Under the pieces are notes generated by a model, which worked only from the letters and a program-made list of their open reading frames with translations, searched no databases and was not told where the DNA came from. From IMG/VR virus record IMGVR_UViG_3300042516_005475, positions 124,001 to 188,000 of that record: a stretch of 64,000 bases of DNA; one strand, written 5' to 3'. Numbering within the stretch: the first letter of the stretch is position 1; each line of letters opens with the position of its first letter. Positions 1 through 10,211 of the stretch are shown here, piece after piece. A program made the position numbers and the translations under genes.

Positions 1-463
1 GATACAATCTTTTTAAAGTTGATAGTCTAGACTTAACGTCGTAATCTAATATCTTTTCTGCTTGCTGTTCAGTTAGTTCTGCAGGTTTTTGTTTGTTAAA
101 GATTTCCTCAAATTTAAACTCAGGTATAACTTTATTAAAGATAGCCTTTGATTGGTTTGTATGCTTTAGGCTATGCCCCCAACCAATAGTAGGGTCTTTA
201 GGTGCTCTATGCAACTTTTTAACTAGATTAAAATCAGAGCTACCCTCTCTCTTTTTTAGATCATGTTTAATTTTGTACATAAACTCTTCTTCAGAAGAAG
301 GTTTAATAGATTTCTGAACTATAGCTGGTTGTTCTTTTTGAGGTATTTCTTTAGCAGCTCCAGGAGCAGCAATTAAACCAGCAGCAAGAAGACTTTTCCA
401 ATCAAGCTTTTCTTCAACTTGATACTGCTTTAACACATCATTATATGTTTTAGAAAAGCTCAT
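1..463 (-). CDS. Phage lysozyme-like (GH24/T4-type) protein, runs off the window start; absent from the ORF track
   Basis: Manual translation from ATG at 463: MSFSKTYNDVLKQYQVEE...LKKREG...DPTIGWGHSL...LTEQQAEKILDYDV. EG, TIGxGH and ITxxxAxxxLxxD are muramidase hallmarks. ATGA overlap with the upstream gene. Confidence 0.75.
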   Translation of the reverse strand, partial: MSFSKTYNDVLKQYQVEEKLDWKSLLAAGLIAAPGAAKEIPQKEQPAIVQKSIKPSSEEEFMYKIKHDLKKREGSSDFNLVKKLHRAPKDPTIGWGHSLKHTNQSKAIFNKVIPEFKFEEIFNKQKPAELTEQQAEKILDYDVKSRLSTLKRLY

Positions 464-825
464 TGTGTAGGAGGTTGTGGGTTGATTGAAGCAGAGGTAA
501 ATGTAGGTTTCTTAGGACCAGGTGGTAATCCTTGAGCTTTTCTTAAAGCATCGCTTAACGAGGAAACCATTGTTTGTAAATCCTTTATTTGCTTATATGA
601 GTTCTGAACATAAGCATTAGTTTGCTGGTCAATTTTGCTTGGTTGAGCGTTTGGAGAACTATCTGTAGCAGCTTCTGTGTCTGAGTATTGAGACTTTACG
701 CTTGTTTGTGGAGCGTTGATAAGCTGTTTACCACCCGGAGCAGTTAAATTAACCTTAGGTACAGCTGGCATCGTAATACCAGGAGCTTCTTCTAAAAGGC
801 TCTTACACAATTGATCGAAAGTCAT
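460..825 (-). CDS. Hypothetical Pro/Gln-rich protein with CTS-like N-terminus (probable virion protein)
   Basis: Start moved to ATG 825 (MTFDQLCKSLLEE); ATAAATA lies 12 nt upstream. Confidence 0.6.
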   Translation of the reverse strand: MTFDQLCKSLLEEAPGITMPAVPKVNLTAPGGKQLINAPQTSVKSQYSDTEAATDSSPNAQPSKIDQQTNAYVQNSYKQIKDLQTMVSSLSDALRKAQGLPPGPKKPTFTSASINPQPPTQ

Positions 826-826
826 G

Positions 827-2533
827 TTAATATTTATTGAAGCTATTAACAATTTTGTCAACTTCTGTTTGCACTGTATCAACAGATATGCTTTTCATAC
901 AGTTTGCTCTAAACGGATTCAAATGATCTTTTATCCATTTTAAATGTTCAAAGTCTTCCTTTACTTTACCAACAATATATGTTGTAGACGGCCAAAACGC
1001 GTGATCATTATGAGCAGGAGTAACAACAATACCTTTTTTACCCATTAAGCCACACAAATGCTGAAAGAATGTATCTAAACCTAAAAAGAATCTACTAGTT
1101 ATTATTAAAGCAACTAACTCTCCAAAGCTTCTGTTAAAAAAGTATTCATTTACGTTATTAACTTTAAAATCTTCCTTAACACCTACTTGGATTATGTAAT
1201 AGCCTTTGCTTTGCAGATTAGAAACAATTTGTTCCCACCTACTAAACTCCCATGTTTTATTACTTAGCATTAACCCGTTACTTGGACCTTCTCTATTAGA
1301 AGCTGATGGAGCCAGCAATACTATCTCTTTACCAGAAAATTCGTTTCTTATTTTAGAAACATCATCTAAATTGTAAAAGTATTTCCATCTTCTATCATCA
1401 AACAGGTCTTCTTCTCCATTCATAGAGAAGTAAGCATACTCGAGTGTTTTGCTTTTATTTTCACTACCATGTTCGTAAACATTAAAACCTAACCCGTTTA
1501 ATTCCCACAAATCATATCTCATTTTTATATCACCTGATAAATCGTATAAAAATGGATAGGCTGTTCCTACAGTTAGACTATTAGTCTTTTTTAAAGATTC
1601 AAGAAGATTAAATGCACAAACGTTATCTCCAAGAGCCTCGTGAATATTAATCCATCTAGTGGAATTGTCTAATAATCTCTTTTCTTTCTTTGTTTCGAAC
1701 CTAGCTTTATCTTCTTTATGGTATTCCGGCTCACTAATTTCGTCTCCCATTCTAACTGCGAAATCGTAAATAGCCCACTCTAATGTTATATACTTAAAGT
1801 CTATACCACCAATCTTCCTAGCCTTTTTAATATCAGAAATATAAATGTATCCCTTTGTGTATTTTTTCTCAAAAGCAAATTCCTCTATGTTAAAGTCATC
1901 ATTTGTTAACAATACTTTTTTTGTTCTGCAAATGTTTATTAACTTATTCCAGTTATAAGCATTTTCATTTGTCTCATAACCTGTTTCACTGTGTCTGGTA
2001 AAAACACACGTTGTGGTGAATTTGGGTAGTTTAGACATAAAACTACCATCCATCCAAAGATGGTTATCTCCGTATATGTGGAGAGGCAAGAAAAAATTAG
2101 AAAATAGAGAGCTATTACCAATACAAGAAACAGCTTTTAATGTTTTTTGTCTGTCAATGCTGTAGACACCAACAAACATACTATCCATTTTCTTTTCTTT
2201 TCTAAAAACAAAATAGTTATATTCCTCATCACTCTCAAAGTTTATAAGGTTGGTGTTTACTTTGTATAATAAATCTGTATGATACAATACTTCATTGTAA
2301 CTTTCTTCGTGGGTTATTTTTTGTCTAATAATAAGAACACCAAATAATAGGAGTATTCTTCCAAAAGTAGATAAATCACTTTCCTGGTGAGTTATTTTTT
2401 CAAAATCAGCAAATATGAAGTTGTATTTTGGTATTAAAGGTATTTTATAGGAGCTCAACCTAGGGTACTTTAAAAGGTTTTCGCTAGTTAAGTTTAACCC
2501 TTTGCCGGTAAAATACTTACTCCAAAAGAACAT
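827..2533 (-). CDS. Glycosyltransferase with C-terminal GT9 (heptosyltransferase-like) domain
   Basis: KTWEFSRWEQIV...IIQVG...FFLGLDTFFQHL...KKGIVV...CMKSISVDTV matches the GT9 C-terminal lobe pattern. Confidence 0.65.
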   Translation of the reverse strand: MFFWSKYFTGKGLNLTSENLLKYPRLSSYKIPLIPKYNFIFADFEKITHQESDLSTFGRILLLFGVLIIRQKITHEESYNEVLYHTDLLYKVNTNLINFESDEEYNYFVFRKEKKMDSMFVGVYSIDRQKTLKAVSCIGNSSLFSNFFLPLHIYGDNHLWMDGSFMSKLPKFTTTCVFTRHSETGYETNENAYNWNKLINICRTKKVLLTNDDFNIEEFAFEKKYTKGYIYISDIKKARKIGGIDFKYITLEWAIYDFAVRMGDEISEPEYHKEDKARFETKKEKRLLDNSTRWINIHEALGDNVCAFNLLESLKKTNSLTVGTAYPFLYDLSGDIKMRYDLWELNGLGFNVYEHGSENKSKTLEYAYFSMNGEEDLFDDRRWKYFYNLDDVSKIRNEFSGKEIVLLAPSASNREGPSNGLMLSNKTWEFSRWEQIVSNLQSKGYYIIQVGVKEDFKVNNVNEYFFNRSFGELVALIITSRFFLGLDTFFQHLCGLMGKKGIVVTPAHNDHAFWPSTTYIVGKVKEDFEHLKWIKDHLNPFRANCMKSISVDTVQTEVDKIVNSFNKY

Positions 2534-2534
2534 C

Positions 2535-3128
2535 TTAATATTTCTTTAAAATAACCTCAATACAAGCCTCTACTCCATCAGCAAAATTATACGTTTGATC
2601 TACTCCTTTGCCGTACAATGAATAATCATAGTTAGAATCAATTAACTCAATTTTGCGACAAGTAACATTATTAAGCTTTTGAATGATGTCAAGTAAATTG
2701 TAATGTCTTCCTGACCAAGACATCTGCTTATATATGCTAAAAGTCTTTTTGTGGGAATTGTTAAATATAGAAGGAAAATTACCTTGCTCGTATAAGTCTT
2801 CATCAGATACTGTGAGAACAAGATGTCCTTTAGAATTAACAAAATTTAACCAGTGATTAATTACGTTAATTGGTTCATCTTCATAAAAAGCAAGATTGGT
2901 AGCATATACAAAATCAAACTCTCTATTACCCAGCTGTTCTTTTAGTGTATCTGTTTCAATTTTTGAATCTGCAGTATTAATTAAAGTAACACTTTTACAA
3001 AGCGGGTAATGGTGCTGTTTGAGTGGGTCATTACCAGGAGAAATATGTAGACCGTCTCCTTTAAATACATTAGTAAACAATCTATTATTACCTCTTCTTA
3101 AAAATGCTGCTTTAGTATTTTCGTACAT
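2535..3128 (-). CDS. Class I SAM-dependent methyltransferase-like protein
   Basis: FDFVYATN...WLNFVNSKGHLVLTVSDEDLYEQ; paralogous to 17566..18465. Confidence 0.6.
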   Translation of the reverse strand: MYENTKAAFLRRGNNRLFTNVFKGDGLHISPGNDPLKQHHYPLCKSVTLINTADSKIETDTLKEQLGNREFDFVYATNLAFYEDEPINVINHWLNFVNSKGHLVLTVSDEDLYEQGNFPSIFNNSHKKTFSIYKQMSWSGRHYNLLDIIQKLNNVTCRKIELIDSNYDYSLYGKGVDQTYNFADGVEACIEVILKKY

Positions 3129-3178
3129 ATCTTTTATAGATATTATTGATTAACTGAAAATCAAGACTAAATACTTGC

Positions 3179-3334
3179 ATGAATAAGAAAGATATTAATT
3201 CTATTGGGGATGCGTATGGCAAGGTCCCTAAGGCTCCTTACGTAAAGGTACAGGAAGATAAAGAAAAGCTAGCTAGAATGGCTCAGAAGAAAGAAAACAT
3301 TCCAAATCAACCAAAGCATACTAAAAAGGGTTAA
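3179..3334 (+). CDS. Small hypothetical protein (51 aa)
   Basis: MNKKDINSIGDAYGKVPK...; TAAATA just upstream; below the ORF-track cutoff. Confidence 0.5.
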   Translation: MNKKDINSIGDAYGKVPKAPYVKVQEDKEKLARMAQKKENIPNQPKHTKKG

Positions 3335-3573
3335 CTCAAACCTTTAAATTTGGAAATTAAATAAGTTGTTAATGCCGAGATTACCGCTACTGCTCCCATG
3401 AGTAAGTAGCGGAAATTTTCTAAGGCGCTCAAGCGGTCACTATGTTTGTCAATTTTAGAGTGTATTTCACTAACTTGTTTCTCAATATTGTCAAGTTTAT
3501 TATTCATACACCCTAACACAGCGTTCAAATCATTTGGATTGTAATTTACAGGACCAGGAGTTGAGCTTGCCAT
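3331..3573 (-). CDS. Small coiled-coil plus C-terminal TM protein (XhlA/holin-like)
   Basis: Coiled coil followed by LLMGAVAVISALTTYLI. Confidence 0.45.
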   Translation of the reverse strand: MASSTPGPVNYNPNDLNAVLGCMNNKLDNIEKQVSEIHSKIDKHSDRLSALENFRYLLMGAVAVISALTTYLISKFKGLS

Positions 3574-3601
3574 ATAGATTATTTATTTTTTCTGCTGTAT
3601 T

Positions 3602-3916
3602 TTATCTTCTTTTTTTGGTCTTTATTTTTTTGTTTCCATCAATTTTTTCTAAAAACTTTTCACTTACAATTTCAACCAATTTTAAGCCTAAAAAACCAGC
3701 AATAAACGCTACACCATTTTGATGCTTAACATTTGTTACATTAAGAGTATCAACTAAAACTGGAGTTAAAAAATTAGCTGAAGATAATCCACCAACAAGA
3801 GATAAAACAATAGATTTTACATCAGAGTTGTTGTTTCTAGAAGCCATTAATATAGCTCCAAACAAACCACTAACTAAAAACCCAATCTCAATTCCTACTT
3901 TATGAAGAGTTTCCAT
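3602..3916 (-). CDS. Putative holin (3 TM segments, basic C-tail)
   Basis: Three hydrophobic segments, AFIAGFLGLKLVE motif, KKIKTKKRR tail. Confidence 0.55.
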   Translation of the reverse strand: METLHKVGIEIGFLVSGLFGAILMASRNNNSDVKSIVLSLVGGLSSANFLTPVLVDTLNVTNVKHQNGVAFIAGFLGLKLVEIVSEKFLEKIDGNKKIKTKKRR

Positions 3917-4534
3917 TTATTTCTTTTTCTTTTTAGTTGGTTTGGTTTTAATTGGCTTATCTTCATGCTTAATAATGTATATCAGAAAAACAATTACAAA
4001 ACATAATGAATAAAGATAAATGTTTAATAGTTTTGTTTCATCTTTAATTATCTTTTCAGAGCTATCATTAATTAAGGTTCTAAATTTATCTTTGCTGTCA
4101 TATATTCTCTTTTTATAATCTAGATATTTTTCACCAAAGAATGCCTTGCTATCCATCTTTTCAAAAGCTGGTCCTTCTACATCTTTTGCTAATTCACTGC
4201 TTATATCTAAACCAACTCTAAATTCTTTCAATTCGTCTTGAGTAAGTATTTTACTAATAAAGATTTCTTCGTTAAAATATTTCTCGCGTTCTTTTAAATG
4301 ATTATTAAATTGATCTAAGAATTTCTTATCACCTGTAGCCGTATATGCAGCACCAAGATAGGTTAAATGGTCTGTAGACTTTCTAAGATATAGAGTAATA
4401 TCTCTACCGAATCTAAACCTTGTGAATCCTTTTTCTATATCTTTTAGGCTAGATATAGAAAGCATTGTTATAATGGCTACAGGAAGAGTAACCACTAACA
4501 AATATTTTTTAATATTTGTGAATATGGCATTCAT
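3917..4534 (-). CDS. Membrane protein with two TM segments flanking a periplasmic helical domain
   Basis: N- and C-terminal hydrophobic helices, Lys-rich tail. Confidence 0.5.
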   Translation of the reverse strand: MNAIFTNIKKYLLVVTLPVAIITMLSISSLKDIEKGFTRFRFGRDITLYLRKSTDHLTYLGAAYTATGDKKFLDQFNNHLKEREKYFNEEIFISKILTQDELKEFRVGLDISSELAKDVEGPAFEKMDSKAFFGEKYLDYKKRIYDSKDKFRTLINDSSEKIIKDETKLLNIYLYSLCFVIVFLIYIIKHEDKPIKTKPTKKKKK

Positions 4535-5538
4535 TAAAATCTAAATATTTTTTTAAATGTGTTTCCAATGCTATTAGCCTGGCGATCAGCTTCTGCTTTA
4601 GCAGCCTCAGCAGCTCTTTTGGTTTGTTCAGCTGCATTACGAGCAGCCTCTTCAGCAGCTCTGGCTTGACGTGCAGTTTCTTCTGCAGCCTGTTTTGCTT
4701 GACGATCAGCAGCTTCTTGAGCAGCTCTTGCTTGACGCTGTGCTTCCTCGGCTGCTTTGGATTCTGCTAAAGCCTTTGCTTGTTTTTCAGCTTCTTCTGC
4801 TGCTTTTTTAGATGCATCCTCTACTGGTTCAACATTAACAGTAACACTTGCGTTTAATTCAACACCAGCTAGTAATTTTACTTCTCCTTCTGCCCCAACT
4901 GTTACTTTATGATCTTTATATGTAGCTCCACCACCAACATCTGCTCCAGCCTGTAAACCAACACTTACCCCAGCCCCTGTAGTAGCAGATACATCTTTGT
5001 TACCAACTGTTGTACCACCTTCAACTCCAACACCAGCCCCAACTTCAGCTCCAGCATTAGCTGCTACCCCATGCTGACCTATTTGAGCATTAGCTTCTAC
5101 CCCTGCGTGAGCCTCAGCGTAAGCTCCGCCTTGAGTGCTTACTTGAACATCTCCAAAATCAGCGTTTGAACTACCTCCTACTTCTGCTCTAGTTTGTACT
5201 TTTGCGCTACCACCAACTCTTACATCTTCTCCATCAAAACCAGCACTAGCCTCAGCATCAGCACTAGCCTCAACGGATGCGTGGACCTCAGCCTCTAAAT
5301 CAATTCCATCTACTTCTGTTTGAGCTCCAACAGATGCATTTGCTCCAGCATTAGCTCCTGCACTAGCAGATACATTAGAGTCTGTTACTTCAGATATAGC
5401 AGAGGCATCTACATTGCCCTCACTTTGCGCTTTTAACTCAACATCTTTAGTAGATGATTGAGATTTAACACCAGCTTTTTTATTAACCTCTACTTCTTTT
5501 TTTGTAGATCTCTTAGATTTATTATTTTTTGTAGCCAT
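4534..5538 (-). CDS. Ala/Gly/Val-rich repetitive protein with C-terminal coiled coil
   Basis: Alternating AxAxVxAxA/GVxVxG beta-type repeats, then RQARAAxEAA repeats. Confidence 0.6.
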   Translation of the reverse strand: MATKNNKSKRSTKKEVEVNKKAGVKSQSSTKDVELKAQSEGNVDASAISEVTDSNVSASAGANAGANASVGAQTEVDGIDLEAEVHASVEASADAEASAGFDGEDVRVGGSAKVQTRAEVGGSSNADFGDVQVSTQGGAYAEAHAGVEANAQIGQHGVAANAGAEVGAGVGVEGGTTVGNKDVSATTGAGVSVGLQAGADVGGGATYKDHKVTVGAEGEVKLLAGVELNASVTVNVEPVEDASKKAAEEAEKQAKALAESKAAEEAQRQARAAQEAADRQAKQAAEETARQARAAEEAARNAAEQTKRAAEAAKAEADRQANSIGNTFKKIFRF

Positions 5539-5539
5539 A

Positions 5540-6511
5540 TTATTTGATCCATTTTTGCTCTCTTAAGATATTGTCGATAAGATTTTTTTCATCACTATCC
5601 ATTTCTTTATCAAATCTCTTTAATATTTCTGATAATGGATATACCCTATCTGGAGATTCTTTTTGCTTTTCCTTGAGTTCTTGAATAACATCGACTATCT
5701 TAACAAGAGGGGATTTAAATTCGTTTACTGTATCCTTTGAGGCATAATTTGCCATTTCAAATGCCTTTGGTGTTAAGGCCTTTACAAGAGATAGTAAAAC
5801 TGACCCAACCATATTAAAGATTGAGAAAGCAGCCCCTGCAGCGGGATGCACAGTTGCTAATAAGCGTAAAACAACGAAAATTATAACGAAAATAACTATG
5901 GTGGTTAAAGCACTAATAAAAAACTTCTTTAAACCCCAAAATACTGCATTTAATCCAAACATGCCACTCATGGAATCTAAAACAGCCTTGTTTTGATCAG
6001 CCTCTTTAGCTACCTCTTTAGCCTTATCAGTCATCTGCCATAATTCATCATCATACTTGTCTTTTAAATCAGATTTTTCTTTTTGAAGTTTGTTAATTAC
6101 TTCATCTCTCTGAGATAGTAATTCTTCACCCTTTTTGCGTTCTTCTGCTACTTGAGAGTTTAATAAATCTACTGTTGCTTTGATACGTTTAATTTCATCT
6201 ATATGCGGAGAGCCAACAATAGAAATAACTCTTTCATTAAGAGCTTTTGCTGTATCTACTTGAACTGGTGCATTTGTTATTTTATTAAGAGAGTGTTGAA
6301 TACCGATTGATAAAGAAGATGTTTGAATTCTTTTACCTTTATCAACCTTTTCAATTTCAACCATTGTATCATCAACTTTTCTCTCTTGTTTAGCTACTGC
6401 GTCTTGAGAAGTTGTTACCTGTTTTGCTGGTACAATTTTAGATGATAAACAACCGCTTAACATAAGAATAAACGATATTGCTAAGAAAATCTTCTTAATT
6501 GTTTTGGACAT
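5540..6511 (-). CDS. Lipoprotein with coiled coil and C-terminal TM segments (spanin-like topology)
   Basis: Lipobox LSGC at residues 18-21, long coiled coil, then hydrophobic segments. Confidence 0.5.
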   Translation of the reverse strand: MSKTIKKIFLAISFILMLSGCLSSKIVPAKQVTTSQDAVAKQERKVDDTMVEIEKVDKGKRIQTSSLSIGIQHSLNKITNAPVQVDTAKALNERVISIVGSPHIDEIKRIKATVDLLNSQVAEERKKGEELLSQRDEVINKLQKEKSDLKDKYDDELWQMTDKAKEVAKEADQNKAVLDSMSGMFGLNAVFWGLKKFFISALTTIVIFVIIFVVLRLLATVHPAAGAAFSIFNMVGSVLLSLVKALTPKAFEMANYASKDTVNEFKSPLVKIVDVIQELKEKQKESPDRVYPLSEILKRFDKEMDSDEKNLIDNILREQKWIK

Positions 6512-6571
6512 ATTATTATTTATTAAATGTTCCTGTTGATTATTTAGAATTGGTACGTTATAATTTTCTTA

Positions 6572-7282
6572 GTGAAGATTACGCCAAAGTTTCATTACGA
6601 ACCATACAAACGAAAGACTGTTAACGGTTCTCGTCATTATATCTGTAAGGAATATATTTTACCGTCAGTAACTACTATTTTATCTAAAACAAAGGATATG
6701 ACGGCTCTTGACGAATGGGCTGCTCGAATTGGTAAAGATAATGCGGAAGATATTAAGAATCAGGCAGCCGCTCGTGGATCAAAAATGCACAAGCACATTG
6801 AGGATTATATCACAGAAGGTAAAGAAGTCGTAGAAGATGCTAATGAAATTCATACTTCAATGGCCTTGTTGGTGCTTGAAAAAATAAAGCCCCACTTAAA
6901 AGAAATTTGGGGCTCTGAGATTAATTTGTATTATCCTGGTCAATATGCTGGAACTACTGATATTGCTGGGGTTTGGGACGGTAAACCAGCAATCGTTGAT
7001 TTTAAACAGACAAATAAGCCCAAAAAAGAGGAATGGATTGAAGACTATAAATTGCAATTAGTAAGTTACGCAGAGGCTCATAACAAGCTATTTGGTACAG
7101 AAATACAATCTGGCGTAATAGTAATGTGCAGTCAATTCCTAGACTACCAAGAATTTTACATATCTGAAACTGTATATTCATATTATAAGAAACAATGGTG
7201 GGAACGAGTTGATGAGTATTACAATTTAAAAGCCTTCCAAGACGCTCAAGATAGTTGCATCAAAGGAACCAGTTTGGACTGA
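6572..7282 (+). CDS. PD-(D/E)XK exonuclease (RecB/Cas4-like)
   Basis: LPSVTTIL, RGSKMHKHIE, SEINL, AGTTD, IVDFKQT, QLVSYA motifs. Confidence 0.9.
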   Translation: MKITPKFHYEPYKRKTVNGSRHYICKEYILPSVTTILSKTKDMTALDEWAARIGKDNAEDIKNQAAARGSKMHKHIEDYITEGKEVVEDANEIHTSMALLVLEKIKPHLKEIWGSEINLYYPGQYAGTTDIAGVWDGKPAIVDFKQTNKPKKEEWIEDYKLQLVSYAEAHNKLFGTEIQSGVIVMCSQFLDYQEFYISETVYSYYKKQWWERVDEYYNLKAFQDAQDSCIKGTSLD

Positions 7283-7417
7283 TTCAGCATTAATTGCCAA
7301 TGCTGCTAGATACTTGCGTTTAGCCTCTTTTGTACCGGTGGTACAACCAACTTTCTTACCAGAGTTCTTTTTGTAAACGCAATTTTTGTTTCCTACCTTT
7401 TTCGTTTTGTATGGCAT
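7226..7417 (-). CDS. Small basic hypothetical protein
   Basis: ORF track; phage-like composition. Confidence 0.5.
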   Translation of the reverse strand: MPYKTKKVGNKNCVYKKNSGKKVGCTTGTKEAKRKYLAALAINAESVQTGSFDATILSVLEGF

Positions 7418-7422
7418 AAAAC

Positions 7423-7800
7423 TTAGAATCTAGCCATCATTGTACCTAATCTTGGTTTAACAACAGCAACTACTGGTGTTGGAGGGGCCATTTGACCCAT
7501 TTCTTGATGTTTTCCAGCTTCATATTCAAGATAATGAGTAATAGTAGAGATATAGTCTTCTGCAAGAGTTATTTTAGACTGAACCCATGGTTCGAGTTCA
7601 TCAAAGTTAGCTACTAAACTCTTTAATCTCTCAGTATTAGTAGATAAGCTATGTAGCTGAGAGTTAATCATATTTTCAGCCTCTGCCTGGTAATCATCAT
7701 TTTGAGGTTGAGCAACAGGCCCTGGAGGCATTTGAGCCGGTCCGGTTGAAATACCTGTCATACCAACACCACATTCTTTAACAAGCTTATCAAAGTTCAT
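7423..7800 (-). CDS. Hypothetical virion-type protein (LEPWVQSKITLAEDYI motif)
   Basis: Start moved to ATG 7800 (MNFDKLVKE); ATAAATA 12 nt upstream. Confidence 0.6.
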   Translation of the reverse strand: MNFDKLVKECGVGMTGISTGPAQMPPGPVAQPQNDDYQAEAENMINSQLHSLSTNTERLKSLVANFDELEPWVQSKITLAEDYISTITHYLEYEAGKHQEMGQMAPPTPVVAVVKPRLGTMMARF

Positions 7801-7834
7801 ACTATTATTTATTATCGATAGAATAAATAATTGC

Positions 7835-9226
7835 ATGATCAAGTTTGATAACTTTTACTGTTTAATAGAAGGTGGTAATTTGAGTATTGATAACAAGTAT
7901 TTTGCAGATGAAATTAAGCTTCAATTTCTTAATCAAAAGAGCGCTACTAAGTTTGTTAATGATTTTGAGAATCTTTTAAGAGATATTAACAAAATTTACA
8001 AATCTGTATACAATGAGCCTCTCTGGGCACAGCTTGAAACATTGTTAAAGACAAATAAAATCTACGCTGGTTCTGCTAAAATATTCTTTGAATATGTAAA
8101 ACAAGGCAAGTTTGATCTATTTCGCGAGTATAAAAAGACTGTTGGAGATATTGACGTTCAATTTGGCGAAGATTGTGCAGCTAAATTGCGTGATCTTTTC
8201 TATGGGGATAAAGAAACAAACTTAAGTAACGAAACAGCTCCAAAGAGAATTGGTGAGTTCACTTTTATTGGTGAAGGTGGTACAGGAGCTATTCAAATGA
8301 ATACTTTATTTTCCTACAACTTTGGTGTTGATATGAAAACAGGTACTGAGAAAGAAAATGCTCCTACATATATTCAAATTGATTTTGAGCCTGTTGAATT
8401 CGAAAGAGGTTTACCAACTAGATTCAGCCAATTTGCTCATAGCGCTGACTTTAACGATATTCAAAACTCTATCAAAGGAGTGTTTCATAAGTTTTTGTTG
8501 CAAAGTCTTTTAGATGTTTCAAATGAGATTGTTGCTGATATTAAGCTTTATACCTCCAAAGGAAAAACTTCCACAAGAAAAGGAACCAAGCTTACAGTTT
8601 ATTCATTCTCAGTCGATAGAGGTTTTAGAGATAGGTACGTTCCTGGCTTGACTAAACCAGAGGGAGATGTTATACTCAAGAACAACGCTGGTAAGCAGGT
8701 ATATTTCGACATTTCTAAACCAGAAGAAAGAAACGAACTTAAACGCACCGGTTTTGTTACAATAGATCAAAAATCAGATTTATTTAAAGATCTAATAGGA
8801 ACTAATGAGTTAGATAACAATACTCAAATACCTATTAACGTTGAATCGTTAAAATACAGACAAGATTTAGATATTCTGTTTAGATTAATTTTCGGTGTTG
8901 ATCCTGATGATACAGATAGAGAAGGTTTTAATTCTTATACTGGTCTTTTGAATCTAATGTCTAAGTACAAAAACAACCTTAGCAACAAAAACAAAGATTT
9001 TCCATCAATGGTTTATAAGAACTTTGTTGAAAAGATTTATGGTTCAGCAGCTCAATTGCTTTACAAGAGAGACGTAAAGAACCCTAAACCTCAAATCATG
9101 ATAAAAGATTTCGAAACCAAACAATCACCTGTTAATCTTTACCAACAAATTTTTCCTGAAGTTACAAGCGCTTTCACAAAAGATCAGTTTGATAACTTAA
9201 TTAACTCCTACTATACTTCTCACTAA
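7835..9226 (+). CDS. Pol-beta-superfamily nucleotidyltransferase-like protein
   Basis: YAGSA...VGDIDVQ (GS...DxD) motif and distal FIQIDFE. Confidence 0.6.
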   Translation: MIKFDNFYCLIEGGNLSIDNKYFADEIKLQFLNQKSATKFVNDFENLLRDINKIYKSVYNEPLWAQLETLLKTNKIYAGSAKIFFEYVKQGKFDLFREYKKTVGDIDVQFGEDCAAKLRDLFYGDKETNLSNETAPKRIGEFTFIGEGGTGAIQMNTLFSYNFGVDMKTGTEKENAPTYIQIDFEPVEFERGLPTRFSQFAHSADFNDIQNSIKGVFHKFLLQSLLDVSNEIVADIKLYTSKGKTSTRKGTKLTVYSFSVDRGFRDRYVPGLTKPEGDVILKNNAGKQVYFDISKPEERNELKRTGFVTIDQKSDLFKDLIGTNELDNNTQIPINVESLKYRQDLDILFRLIFGVDPDDTDREGFNSYTGLLNLMSKYKNNLSNKNKDFPSMVYKNFVEKIYGSAAQLLYKRDVKNPKPQIMIKDFETKQSPVNLYQQIFPEVTSAFTKDQFDNLINSYYTSH

Positions 9227-9227
9227 C

Positions 9228-10211
9228 ATGAAACCGTTTTCAAAATTTATTAAAGAAACAATAGCTTCTACTACTAGAAAGAGCATCCCTCATCTTGGTG
9301 GAGATACATCTAACATTGTTGACGAGCATGTATTTTTAGACTTGCTTAACTTTATTGAGCAAAACTACAACAGTGTTATTACCCCTCAGAAGATTAACAT
9401 CACTGAGAAGTTTGATGGTTTTGGAATTAGGTTCGGTCTTGATCAAGACAAGAAATTCTTCATCGAATCTTCTAGATCCGGGCCAGTGTTTGATGCTGGT
9501 ACCTTTCGTAATTTTGCTATTAAGAAGTTTGGTTCTTCTAACCCAATCGCTGAAGGGTATGAAGACATCTTTATTACTTTGCAACAAAACCAAAAGCTAC
9601 AGAACGTCTTAAGAAAGTATTGGGAACCTTCTGGTATTAAAGTTGTTGCTGAGGCTCTTTATTTGCCTAATAAGAAAGAAGAAGGAGATGATTATGTTAT
9701 TTTTATTGCTACAAGATACAAAAAGGCAAAGTTAGGTTCTTGGGCTACATTTATTCTCTTTAATGCAACTGATGGTAATAATAAAGAGATGGAAGAAAAT
9801 AAGAAGCAGTCTTTGTTTGAGGGGTTGAAGGCTTGTTCTACTGCTGATATTAAATTTGAAACGCCTGATATTGAAGATGTTTCCGATATTGACGTTTCAA
9901 AAGAAATACAACAGGTCAAGAAGTTCATTGGTAATATTGAAAATCAATACAAGGTTAAAATCAACGACATTTTAGGTTCCAAATCAAGAAAGAAGTCTGA
10001 TATGGAAATTAAGAATGCTGTAAAGTCTAAGATTATTGAGTTTCAGAAAGTACTTGCAAATAAAATCGCCAGCAGTATAATCAAGGGAAAGCTTGGTGAC
10101 ATTGAGGGGGTCGTTTTTAAACTTGCAAATGGTCTAATGTTTAAAGTTGTGTCAGATGCCTTTAAGGAAGCTAAGAAACAGAGCAACCTTAATTATGGAA
10201 TTAAACAGTAA
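9228..10211 (+). CDS. ATP-dependent ligase-like (covalent nucleotidyltransferase fold) protein
   Basis: Motif I ITEKFDG, motif III VVAEALY, motif IV IEGVVFK, motif V FKVV. Confidence 0.6.
   Translation: MKPFSKFIKETIASTTRKSIPHLGGDTSNIVDEHVFLDLLNFIEQNYNSVITPQKINITEKFDGFGIRFGLDQDKKFFIESSRSGPVFDAGTFRNFAIKKFGSSNPIAEGYEDIFITLQQNQKLQNVLRKYWEPSGIKVVAEALYLPNKKEEGDDYVIFIATRYKKAKLGSWATFILFNATDGNNKEMEENKKQSLFEGLKACSTADIKFETPDIEDVSDIDVSKEIQQVKKFIGNIENQYKVKINDILGSKSRKKSDMEIKNAVKSKIIEFQKVLANKIASSIIKGKLGDIEGVVFKLANGLMFKVVSDAFKEAKKQSNLNYGIKQ

Noticed and set aside
4560-4810. Imperfect nucleotide repeats (gcagctc/ttcagc) as a repeat array
   Set aside because: They are the coding consequence of RQARAAEEAA coiled-coil repeats.
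6572-7282. Cas4-like nuclease as evidence for a CRISPR-Cas system
   Set aside because: No repeat-spacer array or other cas genes seen anywhere in the window; stand-alone PD-(D/E)XK exonucleases are common in phages.
9336-9928. Antisense or alternate-frame ORFs inside long genes (e.g. 9336..9593, 9355..9612, 9692..9928, and similar elsewhere)
   Set aside because: Fully nested in well-supported CDSs, with no motifs or start signals.
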